A DNA stretch of 62,682 nucleotides from Chara braunii (lineage: Eukaryota > Plantae > Charophyceae): contig BFEA01000004.1 of the NCBI GenBank assembly GCA_003427395.1, forward strand, positions 3,850,160 through 3,912,841, written 5' to 3'. A program made the position numbers and the translations under genes. Within the stretch, counting starts at the first letter, position 1; each line of letters opens with the position of its first letter. Under the pieces are notes generated by a model, which worked only from the letters and a program-made list of their open reading frames with translations, did not search any database and was not told the origin of the DNA. This document shows positions 23,561-37,560 of this stretch, one piece after another.

Positions 23561-26500
23561 AAGATATATACACAGAGAGTTAGACAGAGAGAGAAGTAAA
23601 GAGAAAGAAAGAAAGTGATACGTGCCTATGTGTGCGAACGGTCGGCTAAGGTATTGACATCATGTACATTGGTCTACGAGAGTCGAAGTGAGCCTCTTGT
23701 GTGAACACAGTAGTAGGTGGGATAGTAGAGTAGAGTAGGTTGGGCCGCTGGGCGCCAGATAGAGAGGGGCTATGTTGGATACTGCGTTGGTGTGGCCTAA
23801 GGACTTGAACATTGGCTCAAGAGTTATTGTATTGCTCTTATTTGGATGGAATCTCTGTACATTTGTGCTCCTTGCTTGTACGTGACTACTTTGACACCTG
23901 TGTGATTTCGCAGCTTGACTTTCAGTATATCATTCTCACTCATATTCCTTGCATATATGCCTTTTATATTTTATTTATTGATTTATTTATTATTTTATTA
24001 CAGTCGTGAGTTGGCCGAAAACCGATGTGCCATAGGTAAGCGGTGTTGTCCACATCCGATTGGGTGAGCGGGGTGCAGTGCATAGCCAATCAAGTGAACG
24101 GACACTGTGCACAACCAATTGAGTGAGACAATGCGGTGCGCAGTTCATCTGCCATGATCTGACAGGAAGGGACTGAGTATGACTAACTGTTGTTGAAAAC
24201 ATAGCGAGAACGAGAAATTCCGTGAAACCGTCTCGCTTTGTGAGTGTTTTCTTTGTGGGGATGTAGCCGCAAGGGAATCGACTCTGTGCAGTCTTGCCTT
24301 GCTTAATAAACCACCTGGCATTGATGAAGTGGGGTTCACAGTGGATTGAAGGATTGTGCGTGCAATTAGTCAAAGTACTCTGAACATGAACAACATCAAC
24401 TAACTCTTGCCCTACAGTTGATTAAAGCCTGCATCTTCTCAAAGTCCTAAAATAACACAGTTCGGAGAGGCGGAAGGTTTTTGAGATGTGGGGCACAAGT
24501 TTTGTATGGCCTACCCGCATCAGCTTAAAGACTTCCGAATGATCCAGGGTTTAAGAAACGTCCAAAGCAACGACCGAAAATTTACGAAAGTGATAGGAGG
24601 AGTGAGTCCCCGAGAGGCCTGCCCTATTGCTATAATGGCACGGATAAGGAAGGATGGTGATAAGAGAAGCAAGACTCTGAGAAGCCTGCTTTATTTTCAA
24701 CCAGTCGTGCGTCAGCGCAAGTAAGCGATAGGAGGAGCGAGGCCATAAGGCTTGCCCTATCACAATAAGATGGCATGGGTAAGGGAGGTGGTGATAAGAG
24801 AAGCAAGGCTCCGAGAACCCTGCCTTATTGACCGCTAGCCATGCACCAAACGGCGATAGAATAAACGAGATCCCATGAGGTCTGCCCTATCACGACCAGA
24901 CGCCCAATAAGATGAGGATCCCTTGTGATCTATCCTTCTATGACAACTCTTATGAAGATCCCGCAAAAGACTAACGAACTGACAATATGTATTTTCTGAT
25001 TCTACTGAGGTGGAGGTAGAAGGAATGTGGCCCTGTGTGACCTGTCCTGCTACCTTAACCTAGTGATTGATGTCAAATCTTATGATTTTACTCCGTATGA
25101 GATTGAAGATATTTTGTTTGTGTATGTCTGAAGGGAAAAATTTTGGCGATGTTAGCTCTATACTTTCTTCCTTTAGACGACTATCTCTAGACGCTGATCT
25201 GATAAGAAGTTAGAGAGGCTACCTAGAGGAAGTTATGTCGATGTAGTATTATTTCCGACTGAATGAAGTTCACTATATTGAACTTCGGATAGGGTCGTAT
25301 TGATAACAAAGAGGTGTTGAGACCATGTGGACCTGTGTGTGATTGTAGATCATCTCAATCAAGAAGACTCATTATGAGTCTATACAAGACTCCATGCTGT
25401 TGCCTTATGGTAACATGTTGGTTCGCCAACTCAACCCTCACTCACCCTCGACACCCACACTTTGCATCGACCTCCACACTGAAAGACATTTCTGATTTTC
25501 GGGTCATTGTCCAAAAAGGTATGTGTTTGGTCAAAAGGGGTCCTTGAAATGGCTGAAGTCAGATTTGGATGAATGACTAAGTCGAAAGGGGGATGTCTTA
25601 CTGAAAGGTTGGAAGTGTAAGTGTAATGTGGTTAAAAGTGAATAAATGGTTGACTCCGTTAGAATTGTGTAATGCATTTGGATTTGTTTGCAGGTCAGTA
25701 AAACGACCAGCCATGCTATTCACTGCAACCCATTGAGAAACTTACGCTGTTCTGGGCCTTGATCCAGACATTTCGTCAAACGAGCGATTTTATACACTTG
25801 GTTTGAGTACCTAACCTTGTACTTTTCCCTGACTGTTAAGCAAATTAGGCGAAAAACCTTATTTATTTTATGTTCATTTCATCTATACATGTTTGAAAGG
25901 TCAATGACCTAAATTTCCCCTGATGAATTCAAACTGTTCATGTGAATGTGTTAAGTGTATATGACATCTCCTTGCCTAATTACTTAATCTTATTTCATTT
26001 CCTATGTATGTGTGGTATGGCAAAAGGTTTTCAGAAAGAGATATGTTGAATGAACTTAATTACTAAGTAGGATGGGTATATATTTTATGTGCAACCCTTG
26101 ATAATTCATGCATTTGAGAGGATCCTGCTCAGGAGAAGGGGGGATCAGTTATGAGTCATACATATAGAAATTATTTCTAGGCAAAGCGTAGTATGTGCGA
26201 ACGTTCGTCGGTCGAGTCGACCTTATTTGTAAGTCGGTCCAGGGGATCAGCGCCCCGATGCTCGACACATATAGGGGTCAGTCTTATGCGTTCAGCCACG
26301 CGTATACCTATGCTACAACGATCGAGCAAAATGCCTTCGACTGACTTACTTCTGCGATTGCAAGTAAAAGCCTTCGCACGTGAGTCAGTAGCTCAGCAGG
26401 GATACATCCACCTAAGGGATGGTGACAACTCCCGCAGGTAGAGGTGAGTTGTACCTCGCAGAATCTCTGTCCTGTCGCAATATAGCTGGCACGCACGGTC

Positions 26501-28439
26501 GGAGTTGGTCTTTGGCTGAAACTTTTATAAAACTCCTGCGTGATACGACCGTGAGGTCCGACACTGAAAATACTTAGCGTCTGGGTGTGGGACCGTCGCG
26601 CCCGACAACACGATTGAAGGGGAGAGAGAGTAGAAAAAGGAGGCTGGCGAGCAGGATAAGAAGTAAGGAAGCAAAAGTCATTTTTCCTCCATCTAAGAGA
26701 AAATTCATTCTCATTTTGTAAAGTTGCTGAATCGGGCACGGGTACAGCAGCAGCGTGCATGTCGGGCAATGTAAGTTTTCTTGTTCTAGCGAAATGTTCG
26801 TTCTCATTTGTCTCTACCTGGTGGTCACGGTCCGGACGGTGCTCGTTTTCACGCACGACATGGTGGAATGACATTCGTGATCGCACTTCGCTTCTTGATC
26901 TAGATGTTATTCGTGGTCGTGTTCGTCAGCATGGTTATGATCGAGGTCTTCGACTAGGTTGTCGTCGTGCTTAACGGAGGGCAATTCCATTCGGTTGGTC
27001 TATTTCCTCGTGCAGGTGTATCGTTCTATGTTCTAGCGAAAAAGCCACTCTGATTTTGCATATGTGGTGAGTAGTGCAGGGAGGCTTGTAGCAACCGTTT
27101 TCTGGATTACCATCATGGTTGTCGTCATTACACTGATTGTTTCCACTCATGGAAAATCGTGCGAATCATCATAAGCTCCAGACTGTCATCACAACTGCCA
27201 TTATCGGGATCGAGGTGGGGGTCAGCGTCATTAGGACTATACTGCCCATGGTGGTCGTCAAGTTCGGATGTTGTTCATCGTGCTTGGTCATCAAGATAGT
27301 GGTGCTATTCGTAGTACGTTTAATCATCTTGCGCCATTACTGCGAGCATGCTGCTCATTCGGATGGAAGTTTGTCCTACGTAGTACTAGTCAGATTCAAC
27401 GTCCACATCGTTGTCATCTTCGCTCTTTAGTTGCTGATCGAGATGTTATTTAGGAACGACATTGTGGTGTTGCTGCTAAGGTTGCAGGCTGCCACTGAAG
27501 TGGCAAAGTTGTTGTTATTATTGCAGCAGTTGCTGTGTCTTTTGGAGTAGCGCTCTGTTTCGTACTATTCTGTTCTTAGTTGTTGCTATGGTTGTAATAC
27601 GTCGCACTGTTGTGATCCATTGCTGCTGTAGCACTTTCGAGTGGTATCATGATTTTAGACACTGTTGTCCTTTGTTGTATATCTCGTTGTTATTTCTGCA
27701 TTTTAACTGCGAGTATCACTATGCATAGACGATCACTGCATTTAGGCGCGTTCTTACTGAGCTTTGTTGTATTTGTTGGTCGGTGCAGAGTTATAAGACA
27801 CATATTTGAATAGAGCACGTGGCTTTAGAGGGAGTGACTACACTTTGCAAGGGGGTGATTGTTGTGACTTGAGGGTCTGTCAGGAGGTCGTTGTTCTGCA
27901 TTGTGGCCGTGGTGTTGCCACCTCCACTGCGATTTGGTCACCATTGTGGGGTGCTCAGGTGCATCGAGATATCAATGCTCTTTCACATGAGTTCGAGTTG
28001 AACCTCTCTTATATCTCGAGAGTCTAATTTTTCTTCTTCTGTCTTTCTTACTCTAAGTTTAGTCTTTTGGTTACGAGAGGAAGGCGGCATGCGGGATTGA
28101 AAACCCATAATCCGTGTCAAACCCTCGTTGGGAGGTGCGCCCCACCGATTGCAGGAGCTCTGCCAGAAAGTATGCGAGGTTCTAGAGGCAGGGAACTGTT
28201 AGGTATACTTCCTTTGCCCAGTGTGAGCCCACTATGCCCCTACCATGACATCTCTCTAGTGTGTCTGAGAGGTATGCATGCGTTCCTTTATGGTCTTTGT
28301 TTCTTTTCATAACTTAATCAAACAAATTAAAAATAATACATGCGTGAATTTCAATTCATTTTGTTCTGACTGAAATTAGACTAAGGGATAAAGTAGGGGA
28401 AGGTAGTCTTGCATTCGTTTGACAGAGTCATAAAAGGTT

Positions 28440-28985
28440 GGATATTGATTCTAAGCTGAATGATTCAGCGCTATATTTTTTTTGTTTTATACAGGGACAA
28501 ATATTGTTTCTTAGCAACATGATCTGGCCACTTTTTTATTTCTGAGGGTTTGCCAGTCTGATTTTTAGGTCAAACATTGTTTCTAAGCAGAATGACTTCG
28601 TCTATCTGTTTTGTTTTGGGATTTCTGACTGAAGTTTGACAAAATGGTCCAACTTCATGTTTTTTTTTGTCTTAAGATAGTCTGAACATTGTTTTAAAGC
28701 AGAATAGTTCAATCTTTTTGTTTTATTCTAAGGGAGGATTCTGATAAAAGGTTAAACATTGTTTCTAAGCAGAATGGTTTAGCCTGAAGCCACACATACT
28801 AAGAGTACAAACGAGGATACATATGAATACTTTATTCATATTTGCATGTGAAAAAACAGTTCGACATTGTTTATAAGGAGCATGATCTAGCTTAAGCCAT
28901 ATTACTAAGAAAAGAAGTGGAGTCAATAGTACAATTGGAAGTAAACTGACAATTTGAACATTGTTTCTAAGCAGAATGGTTCAGT
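28440..28985 (+). repeat. Motif array AACATTGTTTCTAAGCAGAATG with variable spacers; resumes at ~34780-34900
   Basis: Copies near 28500, 28573, 28685, 28755, 28863, 28957 and 34782. Confidence 0.8.
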
Positions 28986-29279
28986 TCCCTACCATATTTG
29001 AAGCATAAGTGGGTATCACCTACTTGAAAATTTAGAGATGAAAAAAATGAAGTGATAAATTTGTTCTGTTGTTTTTTACATGAATTCGAGGTGCGAGTTT
29101 GTTCTTCATGGTTGAAAAAAAAAAGTTAAGCAAGGAATGGAAAGTGAGGGTGTGATGTTCATAGTGAAACTTCATATTTTTTGTCACTTCGGTGAAAAAC
29201 AATATGCAATTCGCTGTGAATAATATGTCTAGGTGAGATTATTAACTTTCATGATTTTCATCACTTTGAACTTCTCAAT

Positions 29280-32200
29280 GTTCTCATGAATTTCACTGAT
29301 TTGAACCTCTCATGAATTTCACTGGTTTGAACCTCTCATGAATTTCACCGATTTGAACTTCTCATGAATTTCACCGATTTAAATTTGTCATGCATTTCAT
29401 CGACTTCATGCGTTCATAAATTTCACCACTCCAATTCGTTCACAATTTTCACTATTGTCCACGCATGGGGGGGGCAAGAAGAGCAGAACCAGTTTCAGAC
29501 CTTCACTAATTTCACCACTTCAAATTGTTCACAAGTTTCATTATCGTTCACACAAAGGGAGAGGGGGGGGGGAGATGTCAATTTTAGACATTCACTTATT
29601 TCATTACTTCAAATCATTCACAAGTGAAACTATCGTCCACACTAGGGGGGAGACAATTTTATGGCTTCACTTATTTCACCACTTCAGTTCATTTTCAATT
29701 TTTATTATCATTCACGCAGGGGAAGATGGGGGAGAGGGGCAATTTCATGCCTTCATTAATTTCACCACTTCAGGTCCTTCACAACTTTCACTACCTTCAA
29801 TATTTCCACTACTTCATGTTGTTCACAACTTTCACTATTGTCTAAGCAATGGGGAAATAATTTTATGCCTTTACTGCGTCCAAGCACGACGAAGGGGGGG
29901 GAGGGGGGGGGGGGGGGAATTTCATGCCTTTACAGATTTCACCACTTCAGTTCATTCATAATTTTTATTATCGTCCATGCAAAGAGGGGGGGGGAAGGAG
30001 TGGGGAAAATTTCAGATCTTCATTCACAAGTTTCACTATCTTCCGCGCAAAGGGGGGGAAAGGGGAGCGGGGACGATTTCAGGCATTCACTAATTTCACC
30101 ATTTCAAATCGTTCACAAGTTTCACTATTGTCCACTCAAAGGGGGGGACAATTTCATGCATTCACTTCGTTAATTTCACCACTTCATATCATTCACAATT
30201 TTCATTATCGTCAAGGCAGGGGAAGGGGGGGGAGGGGGAAGGGGGCAGGAGGGGGAAAGGGGGGGAGTCCATGCAAAGAGGGGGGGGGAAGGAGTGGGGC
30301 AAATTTCAGATCTTCATTAATTTCATCTTTTTAAATCGTTCACAAGTTTCACTATCTTCCGCGCAAAGGGGGGGAAAGGGGAGCGGCGACGATTTCAGGC
30401 ATTCACTAATTTCACCATTTCAAATCGTTTACAAGTTTCACTATCGTCCACTCAAACGGGGGGACAATTTCATGCATTCACTTCGTTAATTTCACCACTT
30501 CATATCATTCACAATTTTCATTATCGTCAAGGTAGGGGAAGGGGGGGGGAGGGTGAAGGGGGAAGGGGGAATGGGGAAGGGGGTGATTTCATGTCTTCAT
30601 GAATTTCACCACTTTAGTTCATTCACAATTTTCACTATCGTTCACGCAATGGGGAAGTAGGAAGGAGTGGTGTCGATTTCAAACCCTCACTATTTTCACC
30701 ACTTCAGGGGTGGGGGCAGTTGATTCATGCCTTCACTAATTTCACCACTTCAGGTCGTTCACAACTTTCGCTATTGTCCAAACCATGGGGAGGGGCAATT
30801 TCGTACCTTCACTAATTTTATCACTTCACAACTTCCACTATCGTCCAGACCATTGGGAGGGGTAATTTCATACCTTCACTAATTTTACCACTTCAGGGTG
30901 TTCATAACTTTCCCTATCATCCAAGCAATAGGGAGGGATAATTTTATACCTTCACTTATTTCTCCACTTCACAACTCTCACATTTGACCAGACCGTGAGG
31001 AGGGGCAATTTCACCTTCACTAATTTCACCATTTCAGGTCGTACACAACTTTCACTATCGTCCAAGTAATGGGGATACAATTTAATGTCTGCACTTCGTC
31101 CAAGCAAGAGGGGAGGGGGCGGAGGGAGAACAATTTCATGTCCTCACTCATTTCACCACTTCAGTTTATTCACAATTTTCACTACCATCCACGTAGGGGA
31201 GAGGGGAGGTAGCAGGGCCGATTTCATATCTTCGCCAATTTCACAACTTTAAGTCATTTACAACTTTTATTATCGTTCATAAGTTTCATTATCATCCACA
31301 CAAAAGGGTGAGGGGAGCAGAACCGATTTCAAACATTCACTAAGTTCGCCACTTCAAATTGTTCACAAGTTTCACTATCGCTCACGCAAAGGGGGGACCA
31401 AATTCATGTCCTTACTGATTTCACCACTTCAGTTCATTCACAATTTTCACTATCGTCGATGTAAGGGAAGAGAGGGGAAGAGAGTGATTTAAGACCTTCA
31501 CTAAATTGTGTCCCCTTTCCCTTGACTTAAATGATAGTGAAAGTTGTCAACAAATTGAAATGGTGAAATTAGTGAAGAGATGAAATTGACTTCCCCCATT
31601 TTTTTCTGCTTTGACAATAGTGAAAATTGTGAACGAAATGAAGTGGTGAAATTAGTGAAGGTCTGTAATTGCCCCTTCCCTCCCCTCCCCCTCCCCCTTT
31701 GCTTGAACGATAGTGATAGTTCTGAACAAACTGAAGTGGTGAAATCGGTGAAGGCATGAAATTGCTCCCCACTCCTGCATAGATGAGAGTGAAAGTTATG
31801 AATGTACTGAATTTGTGAAATTCGTGAAGGCTTGAAATTGTCCCTTCCCCCCACCCCACCCGCCCCACCTTGTTTGGACGACATTCAAGGTTGTGAACGA
31901 ACTGAAGTGATGAAATTCATGAAGACCTAAAATTGCGCCCCCCTTCCGCTTGGCTTAAACGATAGTGAAAGTTGTGAACAAACTGAACTGGTGAAATCAG
32001 TAAGGGTATGAAATCATCACCCCCCCTACTGCACAGATGAGAGTGGAAGTTGTGAATGAACTGAAGTGGTGAAATTTGTGAAGGCCTGAAATTTTCGCTT
32101 CCCTCTTCCCCCTTCCTTGCTTGGACGATAGTGAAGGTTATAAACGAATTGAAGTAATGAAATTTGTGAAGGTCTGCAATTGCACCCCCTTCTCCTTAGC

Positions 32201-34580
32201 ATAGACGATAATGAAAGTTGTGAACAAACTGACGTGGTGAAATCGGTGAAGGCATGAAATTGTACCCCCCCCTCTCCTGTGTAGTCGATAGTGGAAATTG
32301 TGAACAAATTGAAGTGGTAAAATTCGTGAAGGTCTGAACTTGCCCCTTCTGTCCCCCCCCCCTCTTGCTTGGACGATAGTGAAGGTGATGAACGAAGTGA
32401 AGTAGTAAAAATTGTGAGGACCTTAAATTATTCATTTCGTCCTCCCTGCCCCTTGTTAAGACGATAGTGAAGGTTGTGAACGAACTGAAGTGACGAAATT
32501 TGTGAAGGCCTACAATTACACATCCCTTCCCCTTGGCATAGGCGATAGTGAAAGTTGTGAACAAATTGAAGCGGATGAAATCGGTGAAGGCATGAAATTA
32601 CATCCCCCCTCTTCCTGTATAGTCAATTGTAAAAGTTGTGAATAAACTCAAGTGCTAAAATCCGTGAAGGTCTGAAATTGTCATTTCCGTCCTCTCCCCT
32701 TCTTGCTTGGACGGTAGTGAAAGTTGTGAATTAATTGAAGTAGTAAAATTTGTGAAGGTCCGAAATTGTCCCGTCCGTCCTCCCCCCCCTGCTTGAACAG
32801 TAGTCAAGGTTATGAACAAATTGAAGTGGTGAAATTTGTGAAGGCTTGAAATTGCACCCCCTTTCGTCTGAGTGAAAGTGGTGAACAAACTAAAGTGGTG
32901 AAATCGATGAAGGCATGAAATTACCCCCCCCCCTACACACACACACACTTCCTGCATAGGCGATAGTAAAAATTATGAATGAACTTAAGTGGTGAAATTC
33001 GTGAAAGCCTGAAATTGTCATTTCTACCCCTCATCCTCTTGCTTCGACTGTAGTGTAGGTTGTGAACGAACCCCCCGTCCTCCATAGACGATACTGAAAG
33101 TTATAACTTAAGTGGTGAAATTAGTGAAGGCATGTAATTGCACGTTCCGTCCTCCCTCCTTCTCGCTTGGATGGTAGTGAAGGTTGTGAACGAACTGAAG
33201 TGGTGAAATTTGTGAAGGTCTGAAATCGCACCCCTCTCCCCCTTGGCCTAGACAATAGTGAAAGTTGTAAACAAACTAAATTGTTGAAATCTGTGAAGGT
33301 ATGAAATTGTACCCCCCCTTTTGCATAAACGATAATGAAAGTTGTGAATGAACTGAAGTGATGAAATTCGCGAACACTTGAAATTGTCCTTTCCGTCCTC
33401 CTCTCCTCTTGCTTGGACAGTAGTGAAGGTTGTGAAGAAACTGAAGTGATGGAATTTGTGAGGGTCTACAATTGCACCCTCCTTCCCCTTGGCATAGACA
33501 ATAGTGAAAATTATGAACAAACTAAAGTAATGAAATCGATGAAGGCATGAAATTGCCCCCCTCCCCCCTCCNNCATAGTCAATAGTGAAAGTTGTGAATA
33601 AACATTCACAACTGAAATGGAGAAATCAGTGAAAGGTTGAAATGACCCCTTCCACCCCCCCCTCCCTTCATAGACGATAGTGAAATGAACTGGAGTGGTG
33701 AAATTCGTAAACTCATGAAATTGCTCTTTCTGCCCCTCTCCCCCTTGCATAGATGAGAGTTAAAGTTGTGAATGAACTGAAGTGGTGAACTTCATGAAGG
33801 CTTGAAATTGCCCCTTCCGTCTTCCCCCTTCCCTTGGTTGGACGGTAGTGAAGGTTATGAATGAACTGAAATGGTGAACTTCGTGAAGGCCTGAAATTGC
33901 CTCTTTCGTTATTCCTCCTCCCCTTGCTTGGGCGGTAGTGAAGGTTATGAACGGGTTGAAGTGGTGAAATTTGCGAAGGTCTGAAATTGCCCCCCTTTTC
34001 CCCTTCTGCGTGAACGGTAGTGCGACGATAATTGTGAAAGATGTGCGTGAACTGAAAGTTGTGAAAAAATTGAAAGGGTTGATGCCGACTGAAAAACATT
34101 TTAGTAAAATGTTCACAAGCGGTTATCGGATAGTTGAAAATTCAAGACTGAAAATTCTGAAGTGAGAGTTTTTGGCAGTCTGAAAATCATGAATGGTCTT
34201 GAAGTGGTGAAAGGTCTGAAGACCCTGAAAACCACCTGTTTAGGCAGGTTGTATCCTGAAGTGGTGAAGGGTGTCATGAAGTGGTCAAGTGAGAGTTTTT
34301 GACAATTTGAAAATCTTGAATGGTTTTGAAGTTGTGAAAGGTCTGAAGACCATGAAAACCACCCTTTACCACTTGAGGATGCAGCCTGCATAAACAGGTG
34401 GTTTTCAGGGTCTTCGAAGCTTTCACCACTTCAGGACCATTCAGGATTTTCAGACCTGAATGGTCCTAAAGTGGTGAAAGGTCCGAAGACCTTGAAAACC
34501 ACTTGTTTAGGCAAGCTGAAGTGGTGAAGGGTGTCTTGAAGTGATGATGAAAAATACGACTATTGTTAACATTCTCTCAA
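29280..34580. repeat. Foldback-like array of ~75-80-bp units (AATTTCACCACTTCAGTTCGTTCACAACTTTCACTATCGTCCA+G tract) with an orientation switch at ~31503
   Basis: G-tract orientation 29400-31503, C-tract orientation 31504-34080; 26-bp tandem repeats at 29283-29385; CTGAAGTGGTGAA module at 34114-34580. Confidence 0.85.
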
Positions 34581-36648
34581 GAGGTCAACAATGTAAATTT
34601 TGAAACGTTTCAAGTATGCTGATGAAAGCATTGATATGAAGTGATAGAAACCAAGATTGTGAACCGAGTACTCTTAGCACAGTGGAAAAAAAAAAATTGT
34701 CGTTAACCTTCTGTCATTTGAAAACAAGTTAAAAAGTTATTCAAATTTTGAATATTTAACATAATTTAGGGCGATTAGGCTTTGTTTCTAAGCAGAATCA
34801 TCTAGTCACATGCCCAAAGCAACGATAAGTAGTTGTGCAACTTGTTCATGTATAACCTAAGGCATGTTAGGCATTATTTATAAGTAAAATGGTCTAGCGG
34901 AATGCCATATGTCAGATGGGTAAATGGGTAATCATCTGAAAGATCAACGATCTATCTCATATGAAAATGACTTGGAAGTTTTTGTGAGAGACTTAGCGTG
35001 GTTGTATGTGTTTGCTTGAAGTTGTCTTTTGATAGGTAGTAACTTTAGATGTTCAAATGTTTTGGAAAGACACTTTCTCTAAAAGGAGTGTTGTTCAAAT
35101 TTTTACAAATCCAAGGAGTTAGTCAATTTTTTGTACGTACAAATCCAACTTTTGTCTAAGTTTCATATACGCCTTTGTAAAAATATGAGAAGCATACTTT
35201 TTTAGAGGAAATGTTGCCCAAAGTTTTACTAAATCAGAGAGTTGGACAAAATTTGACTTTGTAAAGTCGAAAGTCGTTTTTTGATATCGTATCTAATTGA
35301 ATATAATTCTTAGAATACACTTTATAACAGGGAAGTGTTGCCATTTTGTTTTTTGTTTTGAGAAGTTAAATTCTACTTAAGTAAGAGAGACTATGACGAT
35401 CCACCCTGTGCATGAGAGATACTGTCGAAATGTTTTCAAATCTTTAATATCATCTAGGGATAAGTAAGACTTAGTCTTGTGAAAAGTTGGGTGAGATATG
35501 AGATGCGGGTTATTATCCATTCAATTAAATATAGCTTTGGATACCGGTCTAAGCATAGCTTTGGATACTGGTCCAAGCATAATTTTGGATACTGGTCTAT
35601 TGTGTGTAACGAATCCTCTTCGGTCAATTTGATTCAAGGCTTGATTACGGTTGAACTTGGTTCTACGAGGATCATATTCTGCTATTTTTTTATAACAGGT
35701 CGGTTTACGACTCAACTCAGACCCATTCTCTCAACGTAACCTCATGCCTTAGTTCAATTGCTTTATTGTGTTTTCTTGGAATTTTTGCCTAGACTTATTT
35801 TATTGACCATTTTAAAGAACTGAGTGTCTTTTTATGAAAAGTTGACAGTGGTTGGGGTTGTACGCGTAAGGCAGGGTGTAAGTTCCTGGGAATGGTAAAG
35901 TTGACAAAATGGGTGTCCGACAATGTGACTTTTATTTGTGCGTATGTTTTACGCAGATTAGTGTTTAAAAGTTGATATACAAGTCACACCTTGGAGGCAA
36001 TGAGAATGACAACCATATGTCGCACGATCTTCATGCTTGATGGATCTATCCCTTACTCTTTCTATTCTATCTCGCGTTCCGGTCCATACATGGACGTTGG
36101 GATGCTTGTTTGTTTATTTCTTGATTGACTACTTTTTCTCTATGTGGGAGCAATACTTGACGTTTTCTGGGGAGTCAAAAAAAGACTAGGCACGATTTGT
36201 GTATGAGGTTCTGTTTTATTTTTGTGAAGTGTATCGCGTGGTTAGATGAACCATCCTAGTCTACCGGCACAGAGTTGCGCTTGGGAAATCATCCCCAGAG
36301 CGTCGGCTCATGTATATGTCCGATTATGACGTTCGACTACACGTACCCCCTATGCTACAACGTATGAGAAACGCCATCGGTTGGGCCACCTCCGCAATTA
36401 TACTCGAGCAGCTTTCGCATGTGGTTCGATGGCTTGGCGGGGATACGCCTGTCCAAAGGTGGTGACCGTCTCTTGGGCAAAGGTAAGTTGTGCCTTGAGG
36501 GGCCTTCATCATGTCGTAGGGGTTCACGAGAGGTACGACTGATGCACTCGGCCGGAGCGAGCAAAAGTTCCATTGCGAAAACATGTTGTAAAGATTCTGT
36601 GTGATGCGGCCGGGAAGGTCCTCCTACTGGACCGACGCACTCGACAGG

Positions 36649-36668
36649 TGGCGTCGTTGTCGGGGATC
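36649..36668 (+). promoter_or_regulatory. Primer-binding site, tRNA-Asp(GUC)
   Basis: TGGCGTCGTTGTCGGGGATC, 2 nt after ...CTCGACA; two C>T changes from the canonical Asp PBS. Confidence 0.8.
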
Positions 36669-37560
36669 TCGACTGCCTACTGGGGTCCTTACTGAACGAA
36701 CCCAGGTTATTGGCAGACTGATGATCTAAAGAAAACGACAATATTTGTGTGTCTGATTGTTGTTGATGATGATAGATGTGTGCAGATTGGTTGAGAATGC
36801 AAAATGTTTCAAAGATGTACTTACGTACTCTGATGCATATGATGACAATTTCAGTGAGCACATTTTACCTTTTGTGTTTTATGTGGTTGAATGATACTTT
36901 GCATGTCTGATGCGCTTAGGTTGAGTGAGGCGGCATCGACGTTGCTAGGGCATGTCCATTACTGAAGTGGACTCTGTTAGTAACGGTCAAAGCTACAAGG
37001 TTAGTTTACTTATTACGTAAGTGTTGTGTTACGCATGGGTTGGGAGGTAATTAAGTTAAGATGAGGTGTCTCCCTCTAGTTAGTGGAACCTCGCTTTAGG
37101 AAAGACTTTTAGTAAGCGAGTGATATGGACAAGGGGGGGTGACTGATGAGATTGAATTAAATGGGTTTAAAACAACTTTTTTTTATAATTATTATTAGGT
37201 TGTATAACCTTGGATAAATTGAAGTCTGGACCACATATGAGTCGATATGATTAGTGTTGAGCGTATGGTGTGATAGGTATTGTGATGAGTACTGCCAAAA
37301 CTCTCAAAAAAAGGTCGGTGGTGGTGTCCATCAATGATGCGTTAGAGTCATTTATGAGTTGCTCAGTAACATCTACGGATAGGGTTGAACGATGAAAGTT
37401 ACTCGATTGGAGGTTTGCGCGATCTAAAGATAAATCTATGTTTTAAACATGCATATATATATATATATATATGTTATTCATGTTTGTCTGTTTTTTATTT
37501 TCTATGTTATTTTATTATGGTTTGTCGAATGTCTGATTGACAATGTACGTACGGATTGCC

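Larger units (their letters stand above)
20932..26607 (+). mobile_element. Giant solo LTR, copy A2 (~5.7 kb)
   Basis: Direct repeat of A1, ending CGCCCGACA. Flanked by ACACG at 20927-20931 and 26608-26612. No PBS after it and no PPT before it. Confidence 0.8.
20702..36646 (+). mobile_element. Giant 5' LTR, copy C (diverged subfamily), hosting solo LTR A2 and the foldback array
   Basis: 3' end GGACCGACGCACTCGACA plus PBS. 36330-36646 is homologous to the ends of A1 and A2. The 5' start (TGTCCC at 20702) is tentative; 26613-36646 is better supported. Confidence 0.6.

Noticed and set aside
5485-26607. A1 and A2 as the paired LTRs of one intact element
   Set aside because: There is no polypurine tract before A2, A2 has its own ACACG TSD, and the outer flanks do not match.
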